Assembly: GCA_964016885.1 (NCBI GenBank)
Contig: CAXHJY010001717.1
Coordinates: 1-42,801 of the forward strand
DNA from: Eledone cirrhosa
Lineage: Eukaryota
DNA: 42,801 nt
Direction: 5' to 3'
This document shows positions 13,436-26,237 of the stretch, piece after piece; within the stretch, counting starts at the first letter, position 1, and the number at the start of each line of letters is the position of its first letter. Both the position numbers and the translations under genes were made by a program. Below the pieces are notes generated by a model. It worked only from the letters and a program-made list of their open reading frames with translations. It did not search any database and was not told the origin of the DNA.

Positions 13436-13566
13436 CAGCAGTACTGTACTTTATTCATTGACCGTGAAAAGATAAACGGCAAAGTTAACCTCGGCGGGAT
13501 TTGAACTGAGAACGCAGTGGACTCAAACAAATACTGACGCCCTAATAACTCCGCCAATTCGCCATC
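13436..13566 (-). mobile_element. tRNA-derived SINE
   Basis: GGCAAAGTTAACCTCGGCGGGATTTGAACTGAGAAC core. Confidence 0.8.
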
Positions 13567-13764
13567 TAAATTGCCAATTATGACATAAGTAACAATATAA
13601 ATTAAATCAAATATATGGCTGGAAACACAAACCAAATTATTACGGAGTTATTTTATACAAAATATCCTTTCAAACGGATGAACTTACTGCGACATATTGA
13701 TTTCTATCATTGTCACAAGATTACACGAATTGTAGGAGAGGAATAATCGGTTATATAAGCCACA

Positions 13765-13905
13765 ATGCTGATTAATACATATTTTATTGACCTTGGGAGT
13801 ATGAAAGGTAACGTCTCTCTTAGCAGTATTCGAACTCAGAACGCCAAGAATTGTAACTAAATACAAGGCATTTTGTTTGCCGCTCTAACGGTTTATGCAT
13901 CTCCA
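13765..13905 (-). mobile_element. Diverged tRNA-derived SINE
   Basis: TTTTATTGACC...ATGAAAGG...ATTCGAACTCAGAAC...CGCTCTAACG, a degenerate match to the family. Confidence 0.6.
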
Positions 13906-14855
13906 CTGCTTCTTTACTGCTAAATGTTAAAAATAGAAAAACAATTAATGTTTAGTTAAAAAAAACTTATAAGGGGCACTTTTTACCTTGTCATTGGTTG
14001 TTGAAAACATATTCGAACATTATCGCTCAATATTCTATTAATATTGCTAGAACAACATGTAAAACAGATAAACAAACAATAGTCTAAATGAAGTTGAGTT
14101 GCTGTAGGTCTGTATCGGGAATAGTGAATTAAAATAAAAGTAAAATGTGCGAGGAGAAAAAAATATGTAACATTTCTAACATTAGATAAAGTGAAATAAT
14201 GATTATCACACTTTACAAATAAGAAATAACGCAGCCTTCTTCTACACAAACTTTTATGTTCATTCTACAAGTAAGCAGTCTCATTTACGATAACAAATAT
14301 TATGATAAACACGAACAAGAGACGAATAGCTGAAATTCTGGAACGCAAACATTAAAACGTAAAGGCGAAAATAACATGCAAACTTCCAAATGCAATTCTT
14401 GTTAGAGTTATTCAATTATTTCCTTTCCAGATTCTTTTTGACTGTTTGTAATTAGTGAAAAGTAATAATTGGAATCGGTTAGGTCAAAATGAATTGATAT
14501 TTAGAACAGTTAAATTTTCTATTTAGTATGCATCGCACGAGCTACTTTTGTTCATTACTCGAAAACAGAGTACAAACCATAAAATGTAAAATTTTGTTTC
14601 TTCTTAAACGAGCTTGAATGAAAATAGATTAATAAAAAATCATCAATTCTAAAGGGATTTGAAAAAATATGTATATATAGGATTTCAATCGCTATGTTTG
14701 TATTTTGTTCATGCCGTTAGCTAATTGCTTTGATATGTTTAGAATAAGCAAAAATCTTTTCAACCGAAAAAATACAATTCTATTTTCATCATAGCTCACG
14801 AAAGCAAACACACATTCATTGAAAGAGAGTTATATATATATATATATATATATAT

Positions 14856-14949
14856 ACGAAGGAATTGTGGTAAGGAACCAGATGGACCATAACGCACCAG
14901 AAATAGCCGTCGAAACGGTTTGAGCTCTGCCGTCGGGGTCATACTTTTT

Positions 14950-14951
<2 letters not shown>
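14856..14951. mobile_element. 96-bp mini inverted insertion of the PLE family at 30425-32450
   Basis: 14856-14899 matches the reverse complement of ~32405-32448; 14898-14951 matches ~32315-32368 directly. Flanked by (TA)n on both sides. Confidence 0.85.
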
Positions 14952-15017
<66 letters not shown>

Positions 15018-15492
15018 TTACAATAATCAAAGTTCAGTTTAAATCATTTATTTGCTTACAATTGTTTCCTCCAAACCGAGGTTTGGATTCTTCGGAGCAA
15101 CTATTTAGTGATCTATAACATACTTGACCTCCTTTTCAACACAAGAGACATATAAAAACATATGCATATATTGACCCACAGTGGGTTGACATCCATCATA
15201 ATGATATAGCATGGCAATTTACATATAAAGGTTAAAGGATTAAAATTAAAATAAAAATAAAAATAAAACATTGGCAGTTTATGAATATAAAGCAAGAGGA
15301 AAGTTTAGAGTAGTCAGTGTATGAAACAATCTCACGTGTGGCATGCACGCGTGTCTTATTTATACAGGATTAGAGTGCGGCAGATTGTTACTTGTAGAAT
15401 CAGGCAGTTAAAGCAGGCAGTCAATAGCATCATGTGTGCCGTATTGTTAAATCATTTTTTCGCATACACCTGTACGATATACAATCCCGAAT

Positions 15493-15494
<2 letters not shown>
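15018..15494 (-). mobile_element. Probable solo pseudo-LTR / 3' end of a Penelope-like element
   Basis: Lies between microsatellites and carries an HHR motif followed directly by AATAAA on the minus strand. No coding homology recognised. Confidence 0.5.
15052..15100 (-). ncRNA. Type I hammerhead ribozyme motif (U4->C core variant)
   Basis: Minus strand: TTGCT-CCGAAGA-a-TCCAAACC-tc-GGTTTGGA-g-GAAA-CAATTG-TA-AGCAA. Stems I and II pair; stem III is palindromic (ACAATTGT). Confidence 0.75.
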
Positions 15495-15527
<33 letters not shown>

Positions 15528-16081
15528 AAAAAGTAAACGGAAATAACAGCAGAATCGGTACAGTATATGGAAGGAATATATATATATATATATATATATG
15601 AATTGTTATACTTTGGGAGGGTCATGCTGCCAATAAAAGCACACGCACCTGTTGGTTTCACTTCAATGTCCGGTTGGTTGGTTGAATAACAGGATGGTTG
15701 TTTATATATTGTCAAAGCTTTTATCGTCACACATTCTGTGATCTCCACAGTGACTGATCTCTTATTTTGTGTCCCTCCTTTGTTCTGTCCTACACCATTT
15801 TGTTTTTGTTTGTTGTATGCCCAACACAAAAGTAGGGTGTACTTTGAAGGCGATTTGGCTGCTATATCTAGCAAGTTGAGCGATTACGAGATGCTTGGGA
15901 AGTAGTGTAACAGTATAGTGAAATACAATGTAATGCTAGGAATAGTGTCAATATGTCCATTCTTCAAATTGTGAGTTTGTGTGTGAAAATGTTGTCATGC
16001 ATCAAGTTTGCAACAACGAGCAGCTAAGGTCATTACTTATATCTCTTGCAAAGAGCTGCTATGCCACATTAGTGAGCGACA

Positions 16082-16490
16082 GTGTGTGTGTGTCTGTGAT
16101 ATATACATATACACCAGGTCCAAACACAAAGGAACCAAAATCCCACTGTCACTGCCTCCGTCTCTCCCGGTCTCCCCATCTCGTACTATTAGGAGCAAAT
16201 GGGGGCCCACGCGTTGGCCGCCCCGCCGCCCCGACGAAAAGAATAGAGAAGGCGTTTCCCCGGGAGATGGCGAGGGAGAGGCGCTGGAAGAGTCATTCCA
16301 GCTCGCGTGGCTCACACCTGTGGGTAGCCAAATCTGTGCCGATGGTAGTAAGTAGGGAGGTAGCCCTAGGGCCGAGGACACCAGAAGTCTCCACTGTTAC
16401 GGGCTCGACTGTAAACCTGTCGGAGAGCTACCGATCTTTGGAGAATTTACCCTCCTCGGCCCGAAGTGTAGCAGAGCCTGGGTTAGTCGC
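16082..16490 (-). mobile_element. 3' fragment of CRE retrotransposon (variant 3' UTR)
   Basis: Antisense of VATNPGSATLRAEEGKFSK...VETSGVLGPRATSLL...ELEWLFQR; 3' UTR shared with 7706-8000 and 17945-18480. Confidence 0.9.
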
Positions 16491-16820
16491 AACTATTCTA
16501 ATATTCTAAATATTTCATGAGTTATTTGGGTTGCTCACTTCATAAGAACTCATCCCTTTCTTTCTGAGATTGTATGTGTGTAGGAATAATGTCAGACTGT
16601 TGTAGTAGCTGTCGTGGTTGTTATTGACGAAATTATCGACCCCATGACTGTTGTTATTGTAATTGTTCTTACTGTAAATGTTACTGCCGTTGTTATTAAT
16701 GTCAATCGACATTATGAATTCTTGGTGCAGTGGGTGTCAAAATATCATCGATCATTATCAGGAACAAATACAAAAAAAAAAATCATATAATTTTGGGGTT
16801 CAACATTTGTGGTATAGACC

Positions 16821-17070
16821 TCTTCTTCTTCGCTCACTTATTCATGAGAGGGTCGTGGAGGCAGAGTCCTCAAACTCTCCTTCCAGCGGGTCATGTCAGA
16901 AGCAACCGTCTCCTACTGATTCGGCTGGACCCCCAAGCGAGACCAGCCAAGCTCATGGATGTTATCCCGCCATCTTGTTCAGGGTCTACCCCTGGTTCTC
17001 CTGCCAGTTTGTTTTTCCCGTAAAATCTGTCCAGTGATTCTTTCTTGAGACATTTTAACCACATGCCCAT
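16821..17070 (-). mobile_element. 3' end of RTE-clade LINE
   Basis: Minus strand reads GHVVKMSQERITGQIL...GRRTRGRP.TRWRD...W and ends in a short (GAA)n tail. Confidence 0.75.
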
Positions 17071-17944
17071 AACAAATATAAAGTTTTTTTAAAACATCAT
17101 ATTACTGGCTGGGATTTGTTCATTGTTTCTCAATAGCTCTAAAATTTCAATAAAAGAACTATTCAACATTATTAACATGCAATGATTTCGTCTCTCATAA
17201 ATGTAAATAACAATTTTCTTTTATCTCTATTTTTTCCATACATTTACTTTCTTTTTATTTTATTCCCATACTTTAAGCTCTAAATATTTGTCTTGTTACT
17301 TGATTCGAGTTTCAACTCACGTTAATGAGTTTAGTCAACTGTGCCTGTCCCGGGTCATTTTCTCACAAAACTGGATAGACAGCTATTGTTTTCTCACTGA
17401 ATCTAGACGAGACATTTCTGAAGCCATATACATTTATATATTTAGATATGTATATTGTTTTCAGCTTATGCCTAACTAGAATATTACCAAACTATACCTC
17501 AATTGAACATGTTACATATTTACGAAGACCCAGAGACATATATTTAAGGTTTTCTACAATACACTTCACTATATCTATTCTACCCCTTTTTTTATAGCTA
17601 TTTATAAACGTACCGTATTGTTGTTTAAACATATGGTATATATTTTATAAAACACTGTGCTGGTTGACCCAATTTTAAAATCCTACTGTGCTTGTTACTC
17701 TGATCATGATGAAAGTGATGATGATGATGATGATGATGATGAGGATGATGAGGATGATGTCGCTGTTGATGTGGTTTGACTGCATATCCTGATTTCAATA
17801 ACGTTCAGCAAGTATGAATGTATGAATCAGATACACGGCAGGCCACTGATGAAAGATAAAAATAGGTACGTTAATGTCTGCTTCTGTGATGATAAGCATA
17901 CCAAATACCTACAGCTGAAGGTGGCGGTAGTGTATAAAGCCTGA

Positions 17945-18480
17945 ATGGTTTGGATGCTGCAGGTTTCCCCTCCCAGTTCGAGCCGGTGCGGCTAAACCGA
18001 GGGGACGGCAAAAGGCCAGACGGCATGGCCATCTTCCCGTTTCATATTGGTAAACCCCTCGTCTGGGATGCCACTTGCAGCGACACATTCTCCAGCGGTA
18101 ACCTGGTGCAGTCTGTGACTAACTCAGGTTCTGCTGCACTTTTGGCTGAGGAGGGTAAACTCTCCAAGTATCGGTCGCTCTCCGACAGGTTTGCAGTTGA
18201 GCCCCTAGCAGTAGAGACTTCAAGGGGCTCTAGGGCTACCTCCCTACTTACCACCATAGGCGCTGAGCTAGCGAGCTGCAGGTGTGAGCCGTCTCGCGAG
18301 ATGGAATTGCTCTTCCAGCGCATCTCCCTTCTCCATCCTTCCGCCGGGCTGTGGGGCGGCCAGTACGTGGGACTCCATTTGCTCATAATTGTGAGAGATG
18401 GGAAGGGCGAGAGAGATGGAGGCGATGACAGTGGGAGTTCGGCTTCTCTGTGTTCGGACCTGGTGTACGTGTATGTGCAT
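17945..18480 (+). mobile_element. 3' fragment of CRE retrotransposon (variant 3' UTR)
   Basis: ORF 17950-18504: DAAGFPSQFEPVRLNRGDGKRPDGMAIFPF...WDATCSDTF, nearly collinear with 5715-6140. Confidence 0.92.
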
Positions 18481-18849
18481 TCTTACTGTCTTATGTTTGA
18501 TTAATTTTAACGTTTGCTCCCTTCCGGATCCTCTTTGAGGTTACGGGGTACGTTTCCTTTTCCGTCCATCCTACACCTTCTAGGACAGGTTGTATACCCA
18601 TCACCAGACTTTTGGGCGTTAGATGGAAACTGCAATATACTTTTTCGAATAGGGCCTCTCTATTTAAGGTCCGAATGAGTGCCTTGTTAACGTACGCGAA
18701 GGACGATGCGGTGATTTTCTCAGATCCGCGAAGACTAGGCTTTTTTTAGAGACGACATTTATCCGCCTCCTCGTAACTACAACGCTGGGTTGTAAAAGCT
18801 TTTTTCTTTGAATTAACAGGAAACATAATAAAGAATATCAGATCAAATA

Positions 18850-19032
18850 TAATTGTTTCTACTTTTTGGCACAAGGCCAGCAATTACCTAGTGCATTACT
18901 GGTACTTTATTTTATCGACCCCGTAAGGATGAAAGGCAAAGTTAACCTCGGCGGGATTTGAACTCAGAATGGCAAGGGCCGTAACTCTATGCATCGAAGC
19001 ATGGCGTCCGACCCTCTACCGATACTGCCAAT
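18850..19032 (-). mobile_element. tRNA-derived SINE, full length
   Basis: Near reverse complement of 9994-10183. Confidence 0.88.
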
Positions 19033-20573
19033 TGTTGTTCTGAACGTTGAAAAGGATAGCAGTTCATATTTCAGAGACTATGTGTTTTGATTTAGGCGTC
19101 TCAGCGACTCAGTTTTATAATTTGATGGTAGACGTATATCTCTGAATGCCTACCAACATATTATCTTGCGGTCAGACTCACTAAGTTATCTCTCCCCTTT
19201 TTAGTCCCTCATTTCAGTGATTAGAATAAAAAAAGAAAAGAAAAAAAACCCCGAAATATTCTGTGTTATGAAAAAATAACCAGAGTGAACTAGTGAACTG
19301 ATACAAACTCATCCATCAACTGAAAATAGGACACGTCATTTGGTATAACGTGATTGATTCAGTCGGTTTCACCCATATCTGTTATATTAATTTTTTATCT
19401 GTGACAAGCACCACACAGCAGAGGAAGAATACGGTTCCGGTAAGTTGTGTTGAAAGCCTAGTTTCAGATCATCATTGGAACCACGTGACATCACTTACGT
19501 CAGTAAATCCATTGGAAAAATTATGAATATTTCTCTTGAGCAAAGATGTCAAGATTTGGTTTGGAATGTAGTAGCAAAAAAAATAAAAAATAAAAAATGG
19601 TTAAGAGTAGAGCATTTAAATAAATATTTCACCGTATTATATTAAGTTCACACCGAAACACCCTTCAAAAACTTGACTCACAAGTAGTTGACCTCTAATT
19701 CAAAGCGATCGTTTTGAATATTAATTTCTTACTTGCGCATTTAGACCTTAAATTTGCATTAGCCATGTCAATTTTTATGACTTAATTAGAGAAAGATAGG
19801 AAGTATGTATGACGCATTTCTAGCACTCCAAAACTGACCGAAAGAAGAGTAAAAGTCATTCTCGCACAGTAGAGCAAACCTTAGTACCTTTATCAGAGAG
19901 GTGATGGTGCTAAATTGGGCAACGGAATTAAGTGTACGAATTTTTTAACTACATAACAATGAAGTGGTCTTAACTGTTTCAATTGAATCATGAAACTAAT
20001 GCAAATACTTGACTTAACGAGAGCTTAATTTTTTATGCGTTGACGCACTCCAGCCATTGGAACGAGTTAATATAAAATATTACATATTTTCTTTTATGAA
20101 GTCTTGATAAATAAACCTAAACAAACCAACAATGCTTAAATGTTTAAAGAAGTGTAAAATATAGTAGGAAATTTAATAATCAATTTGTTTACTGAGTCAC
20201 AAGACTACCAATGTTTAATGGTAGGGACTGTGGTTATCTGATGTTTATGATTTTTTTAGGTGAATTTGTGAATAAGAAAAGTAAAGACACATCACATTTG
20301 AATCAAATTAATGTTATGAAATCATCTGATCGGGGGTGGGGGACTTTCTATGTTACAACGTCCATCAGAAGGAGCATCACTTATTGTTTCTGAATGAGAC
20401 ACAAAGTCTTGTATTTATTATAGAAGCGAAGAAATGATGTCATGATGTTAAGGTCTTTCGAGAGATGTTTGTAAATTAAAATAGCTTCTCCTTGAAATCG
20501 TAATTGGGCTGCACAATCGACCCGCAGGAAGCCTATTTCTATAATCCTGTGCAACGTTGCCAGCTACATGGGA

Positions 20574-20681
20574 AATAATTGTTTCTACTTTTGGCACAAG
20601 GCCAGCAATTATCCCAGTGTATTACTGGTACTTTATTTTATCGACCCCGTAGGGATGAAAGGCAAAGTTAACCTCGGCGGG
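20574..20681 (-). mobile_element. tRNA-derived SINE, 5'-truncated
   Basis: Tail and core only. Confidence 0.85.
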
Positions 20682-21094
20682 GGGAAATAATGATTCATAT
20701 TAACACTATTAACAAATAAATGCAGATGTTAATACCAGCATATACAGCGGAAACTTACTATCGTTTAATGTCATCTGTAGATTTGGCTAATATTTTAACT
20801 CATCATATATTCTGTATAAACAGTTCGTGCTGACTGAGAAAACTATATCAACATAGTGTGAAACATAGTGTGTTTAAGATTGAAACATATGCATGTTTTA
20901 TAGCCTAAGTTACATTTTAACCCAAATGGTTTAAATCGTTTTTCTGATACCCCATGAGATAAAATAAATTTGTTTTCGTTTTGTCCCCGTAAATCTGAAG
21001 CACCATATTAAGGTTCACGGCAAGAAGACAGCATTGGGTTTTAAAATGGATTTACTAGTTGCTTTTGTCTTATCAATCGTTATATTCTCATATT

Positions 21095-21240
<146 letters not shown>

Positions 21241-21719
21241 GAGTGTATGTACGCGTGTACGTGTGTGCATTTCTAAATTTAAATATATGTATATATGTGA
21301 ATGTGCATTTATTTGTGTGCAGTCGATGTTTCTAAGTGGTCATGTGAGGCTATTAGAAGTAATTTAAATCATTTCATGATATAAAAGCAAATAAATTAGC
21401 AGGGTCTGTGGTTAAGAAATAGGCTTCACAACAGCAGAGCGTCAACGAGGACCAGTAAGAGAGGATTTGTAAATAAAGTTGTAAGAGTGAGAAAGAGGAG
21501 ATAAGAGAGAAGGAGAGGGAGAAGGGGGAATAGAGAGAATTTATAAAAAGTTATGCTCAGACAAATAGATATATATAGACCTACATATACATGATACTTA
21601 TTATTATATTACATAGATATACATACATGCATACATAAATACATTTATACATGCATACCTATATGCATGTATACATTTTTACCTGCATAAATACATATAC
21701 ATACATACACGATGGCTGC

Positions 21720-22195
21720 AAACTCTGCTAAGAGTATTGCAATCGCTTGTCAGATTATAGAGTTTGGGGCACTTTTAGGCTACCACCAGCCACACGAACC
21801 TGTAACATATCCTGAACAAGCAATGCCTCTGCTTTGAAGGTTTTTTAAGTGGGGAAAGGCTTTGTACTCGACCAATCCCACTCTCTGAGCATCGAAAACA
21901 CTACCTGAAAAGGAGAACCGGTCAACATCATCGGAAGCTTTCGAAGCCGCAGGTTTGTTTTCAGAGTTTCCCTCTCCTAGAAAGGTTCTGTGACAACAAC
22001 TGGTGGCCTTTCACTCCCAGGTAAAACACAAAAAAAAACTACTATTTGGATGGTCGTTGACTCTGCCGAGTTCCTCCGCCCTTTGCCGGGTTTCGTATTT
22101 CATCCTGCAGGGTGTCCAAATATCACCCTCCTCACCAAGCTATCTTGGTGGGGTTGCCGGTTTAGTCGCCGACAACCCAACCATGAGACAGGTTG
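21720..22195 (-). mobile_element. Probable 5' UTR fragment of an RTE-like LINE
   Basis: GC-richer block between (CATA)n tracts. Minus-strand motifs GGCGACTAAA and CTAGGAGAGGGAAACTCTG..AAACC resemble RTE 5' UTRs as I recall them; not verified. Confidence 0.4.
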
Positions 22196-22581
22196 TAAAC
22201 ACATGCATACATGCATACATACATACATACATAGATATTTCCATACATACATAGATATTTCCATACATACAAATATATATGTGTGGAAAACGAGACGTAC
22301 AGAGTGAACGTGAAAGAGAAAGCCAAAGAAATTGCAAGAGAAAAAATGCTTAGCATTAGAAATTATTGCGTAATAAGAGGGCTAGAAAACAGGAAAGTTT
22401 TGTTTTAAATTACGTTATGAATTTTTAAATATGATATGATTAACAGCTAGTTTAACTAATCGAAATATCGATACTAATGACAAGAAAATTATGTAGGTAC
22501 GTCTGCTGCATGAAAATCTAATATTAGTGAATCAAGAAATGTTAACTATCTAATATTACACCGGTAGTGATGTGAAACAAA

Positions 22582-22950
22582 GCGGTGGATTGGCAGTATC
22601 GGTAGAGAGTCGTACACCATGCTTTGAAGCATAGAGTTACGTCCCTTTATGATCTGAGTTCAAATGCCGCCGAGGTTAACTTTGCCTCTCATCCTTGCGG
22701 GGTCGATAAAATAAAGTACCAGTAATGTATTGGGTAATTGCTGGCCTTGTGCCTAAAATAGAAACAATTATTTCTACTTTTGGCACAAGGCTAGCAATTA
22801 TCCCAGTGTATTACTGGTACTTTATTTTATCGACCTCGTAAGGATGAGAGGTTAACTTTGCCTTTCATCCTTACGAGGTCGATAAAATAAAGAACCAGTA
22901 ATACACTGGGATAATTGCTGGCCTTGTGCCAAAAGTAGAAACAATTATTT
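22582..22950. mobile_element. Cluster of three SINE pieces in +/-/+ orientation
   Basis: Full + copy 22582-22770, minus 3' half ~22766-22850, plus 3' half ~22848-22950. Confidence 0.88.
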
Positions 22951-23344
22951 TAATGATCAATTAGAAAAGGAAAGTCAGACAAACATAAAATTTAAATTAA
23001 TTAAAAACATAGAATATGTTGTGTTAATATTCTCCAATAGATAAAAATAACTTCATAAACCCCTGACAAAAACTCACAGTAATTATCTAAAAAGCATGTT
23101 GGGTATGTTCATGATGAATCTCCGATTGAAGTAATTTCATTATTGAACTTTCATCTGACCCACCTTGGTGATTTTTGCTCGAAACAGAAGAATAACATTT
23201 AGAAATTAAACAATCAATATAATCAAGGTGTTAGTGAAAAAATAAATTGGTGGTAATTTCTTCAAAGAGTCATGTCTAAGATCGGGTTTCAAATCTCTGA
23301 TGTGCTGATTTTATTTCAGCCAAGTTTTAACACTTTAAAACAAA

Positions 23345-23626
23345 TCGTTCTCCCGCGATAAAGTATGTTATCTTACTTATCCAGAGAAGTTGTGGTGTTC
23401 ATGCTTTCACGTGCTTTTTCAGCTAAGTTTTAACTCTTTTACACAGCTCGTTCCCCCGCGATAAAGTATGTTATCTTACTTATCCAGAGAAGTTGTGGTG
23501 TTCATGCTTTCACGTGCTTTTTCAGCTAAGTTTTAACTCTTTTACACAGCTCGTTCCCCCGCGATAAAGTATGTTATCTTACTTATCCAGAGACGTTGTG
23601 GTGTTCATGCTTTCACATGCTTTTTT
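23345..23626. repeat. 103-bp tandem repeat, ~2.7 copies
   Basis: TCGTTC.CCCGCGATAAAGTATG starts at 23345, 23448 and 23551; copies nearly identical. Confidence 0.95.
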
Positions 23627-23939
23627 CAAAAGGCGTCAGTCTTGATTAACAATTAAATATTAGGAACCATTTAATAGGAGACTACTCACTCTAAACTATC
23701 AATTTCTCATATGAACTCAGTGCTACAAATTTGTTGAAACAACGAAATATAGTGAATTGACCCTCAGATTGAGATTGGCACATGTATCGATTTTCGAGAT
23801 ATATGTAAAGTTAAACCTTGTAAGTTTTTAACTCAGAATGTATACAGACAACAAAACTAATTACACGCGTGTATTTCATTGCTCTATTGTTTGTATCACA
23901 CTAAAGTTAATTTCGTAGGAGACAGTTTGTAGAAATTTG

Positions 23940-24132
23940 CAGACCTGTCTACTCTCCCATCCGACGGAGAGATCTCCCACACACTTTGGAGTGGGTTAGA
24001 GATGTCTTCTCTTGTGAAAACGGATATAGCTTTCATAATGTAAAATCTCCCCATTTTGCCTCATTTCTCCCCGTTTTGAGGCACTTTTTTCATGCTACTC
24101 CTCGTTTGGGGTTTTAGATGTTGGCAGGTCTG
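23940..24132. mobile_element. MITE copy C
   Basis: CAGACCTGTCTAC...GTTGGCAGGTCTG; flanks AATTTG / TATTTA. Confidence 0.85.
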
Positions 24133-24247
24133 TATTTAGATATTCCCACCTTATTGATTCTTAACAGGAGGAATAAACTATCTAACTGGATACAGGTAAA
24201 TCATCCAATCAAGCGTTGTAATGTCTCAATTATATTGCATATTTAAA

Positions 24248-24410
24248 CAGACCTGCCAACTCAAATGGTAGTACCATGAAAAAAAGTGCCCCAAAACGGG
24301 GAGATTTTACATAATGAAATCTATACCCATTTTACAAGAGAAGACATCTCTCACCCACCTTGGGGTGGGTGGGAGATCTCACTGTCGTACGGGGAGAGTT
24401 GATAGGTCTA
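24248..24410. mobile_element. MITE copy D (internally deleted, inverted relative to C)
   Basis: CAGACCTGCCAAC...GTTGATAGGTCTA; flanks TTTAAA / CTTAAA. Confidence 0.85.
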
Positions 24411-24454
24411 CTTAAAGAACAGAATTGTAGTGGAATGAATCGACAGCGGCATAG

Positions 24455-24550
24455 TTCTTGTACGTATTTTATCGATTCTTTAAAGGTGAAGACAAGGTAG
24501 ACCTCGGCTGAATTTGAACTCACAAGATAAAGAACCGAAAATAAATACCG
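24455..24550 (-). mobile_element. Diverged SINE
   Basis: TATTTTATCGA...GACCTCGGCTGAATTTGAACTCA. Confidence 0.65.
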
Positions 24551-25705
24551 TCATCGTAAACGTTAAATATTGATTACTTACATAAGCAGAATCGGCAGAG
24601 TACAGGATTAAATTAATTGCAGCATTTAGTTTTGTCTCTTTCAAGTTTCGTCAGTTTCCAGACTCGTTAAAATAAGTACCAGAGATGTAAAGCAGTCAAT
24701 ACAAAATCTTTACCTTGTGTTGATATAGTACATTGAGGGTAAATAAGGAAAGATGTTTACTTTTACATTGGCTCTCTTAAAACGTAACGTTTAAAGTTAT
24801 TTTGTTAAACCACAACTCCAAAGTAAATGTTTGATTATGTTCCATTAATTCGTTCCTTCTAAGAACATTATCCAGTAATATGTTTGGCTAAATCAACGCA
24901 CTATTTTCTCATGAGACATATTTAACTTATTTGTTATATCAGCTCTATGTGTTAGAGGAAACATTCCTCCATTTTGAACCACGCCTAAACATATTTTCCT
25001 ATCCCTTTTTTCTGGTTGAATTTCCATTATTTGATAAACGAATGTGACCCCTAATAATGCTTTATTTTAAATTTTGCCTTGCAAGCCTTCCTCTATTCGA
25101 CCGGAAACTTCTATAATTGCATTTTATTAACATACTCATTTCTTCTCAAACGAAATTTTAAAGAATTTCTTTGCAATGTAAATTTCAATGAATTATAAAT
25201 TACTTTGACATTACAATCAAGGTTAAGTAGGGAATTAAGTGGATTGGCAGCCCAAAGGGGATAGCGTTCTTGACTGACTAGTTTGTGGGAAAATTCTGCA
25301 AATATTAGAAGCCTAAATTTTCCGCCAAAGATAATTTTAGGAAAAATTAATTTACACAGAAACAAAAGTAAAATAAATAAATAAATAAACAAAACAGAAC
25401 ACCTCGAGCGATATAATCTGGAGCGTAATACCACAAAGTGTTCGATAAATAGCGAATTATAATTTTATGTGTATGGCTGTCTAAATAATCTTGTGCTTTC
25501 CTTTCGAAATTCTTTTCCCCGTTTGTTCGTCTTCTTACTCTCACCTATCTTTCTAGTTCTTCTTTTACCTATCCTTCTATCTTCAGATGAACCACTAATA
25601 TCCGAAACCATAATACTCTTTACTACTGTATCATGTATTAGACTAATATATATCATCATTGTACTGTATCGTTCCCTTGAGTTGTTTTACCAAGTTGACT
25701 TTCCA

Positions 25706-25711
<6 letters not shown>

Positions 25712-25767
<56 letters not shown>

Positions 25768-25831
25768 CGCGTGAGTGTGTGTATGTGTGTGTGTATAGGT
25801 ATATATGTATATATATATATGTATGTATGCA

Positions 25832-25905
<74 letters not shown>
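25712..25905. repeat. Compound (CT)/(TA)/(GT)/(TA) microsatellite
   Basis: Directly visible. Confidence 0.97.
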
Positions 25906-25909
<4 letters not shown>

Positions 25910-25989
25910 GGTGTGGAACGAGAGACTCCTAGTCTTCATTAAGACATCTCTCTAGTAGAAGGTCACTCTGATATAAAACCTGCGTCATC

Positions 25990-26237
25990 GTTTGCATCAA
26001 ATGATGTTGTCCAGTTCTTTTTGGGTGGGTAAATGCATTCGATGTTCAGAGAGTGGGTTCGGCCCATTCAAAGCCTTTCCTCACTTAAAAAAGCTTCGAG
26101 CACAGGCATCGCTTCATACTGTATGTGACATTTTTTTACGATGCATGTCACTGCTGGCCATAGGTAAGTCCCTAGCAGGACTAAAAAGCCACGTCTGTGA
26201 TGCCCATGATGGCGTTGCAGTCATCATGTAAACGAGA
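25990..26237 (+). mobile_element. Possible 3' end of an RTE/BovB-like LINE with C2H2-like remnant
   Basis: VCDIFLRC...KSLAGLKSHV resembles the terminal zinc finger of some RTE ORFs; degenerate. Confidence 0.4.

Noticed and set aside
23395-23430. CTGAAAA...GAAA on the minus strand of the 103-bp repeat as a hammerhead
   Set aside because: No G8, no UH site and no stem I pairing.
23345-23626. CRISPR-like array
   Set aside because: Whole units repeat with no unique spacers; eukaryotic context.
25465-25659. Lys/Arg-rich ORF as a host exon
   Set aside because: No recognisable homology or clear splice sites; purine-rich composition explains it.
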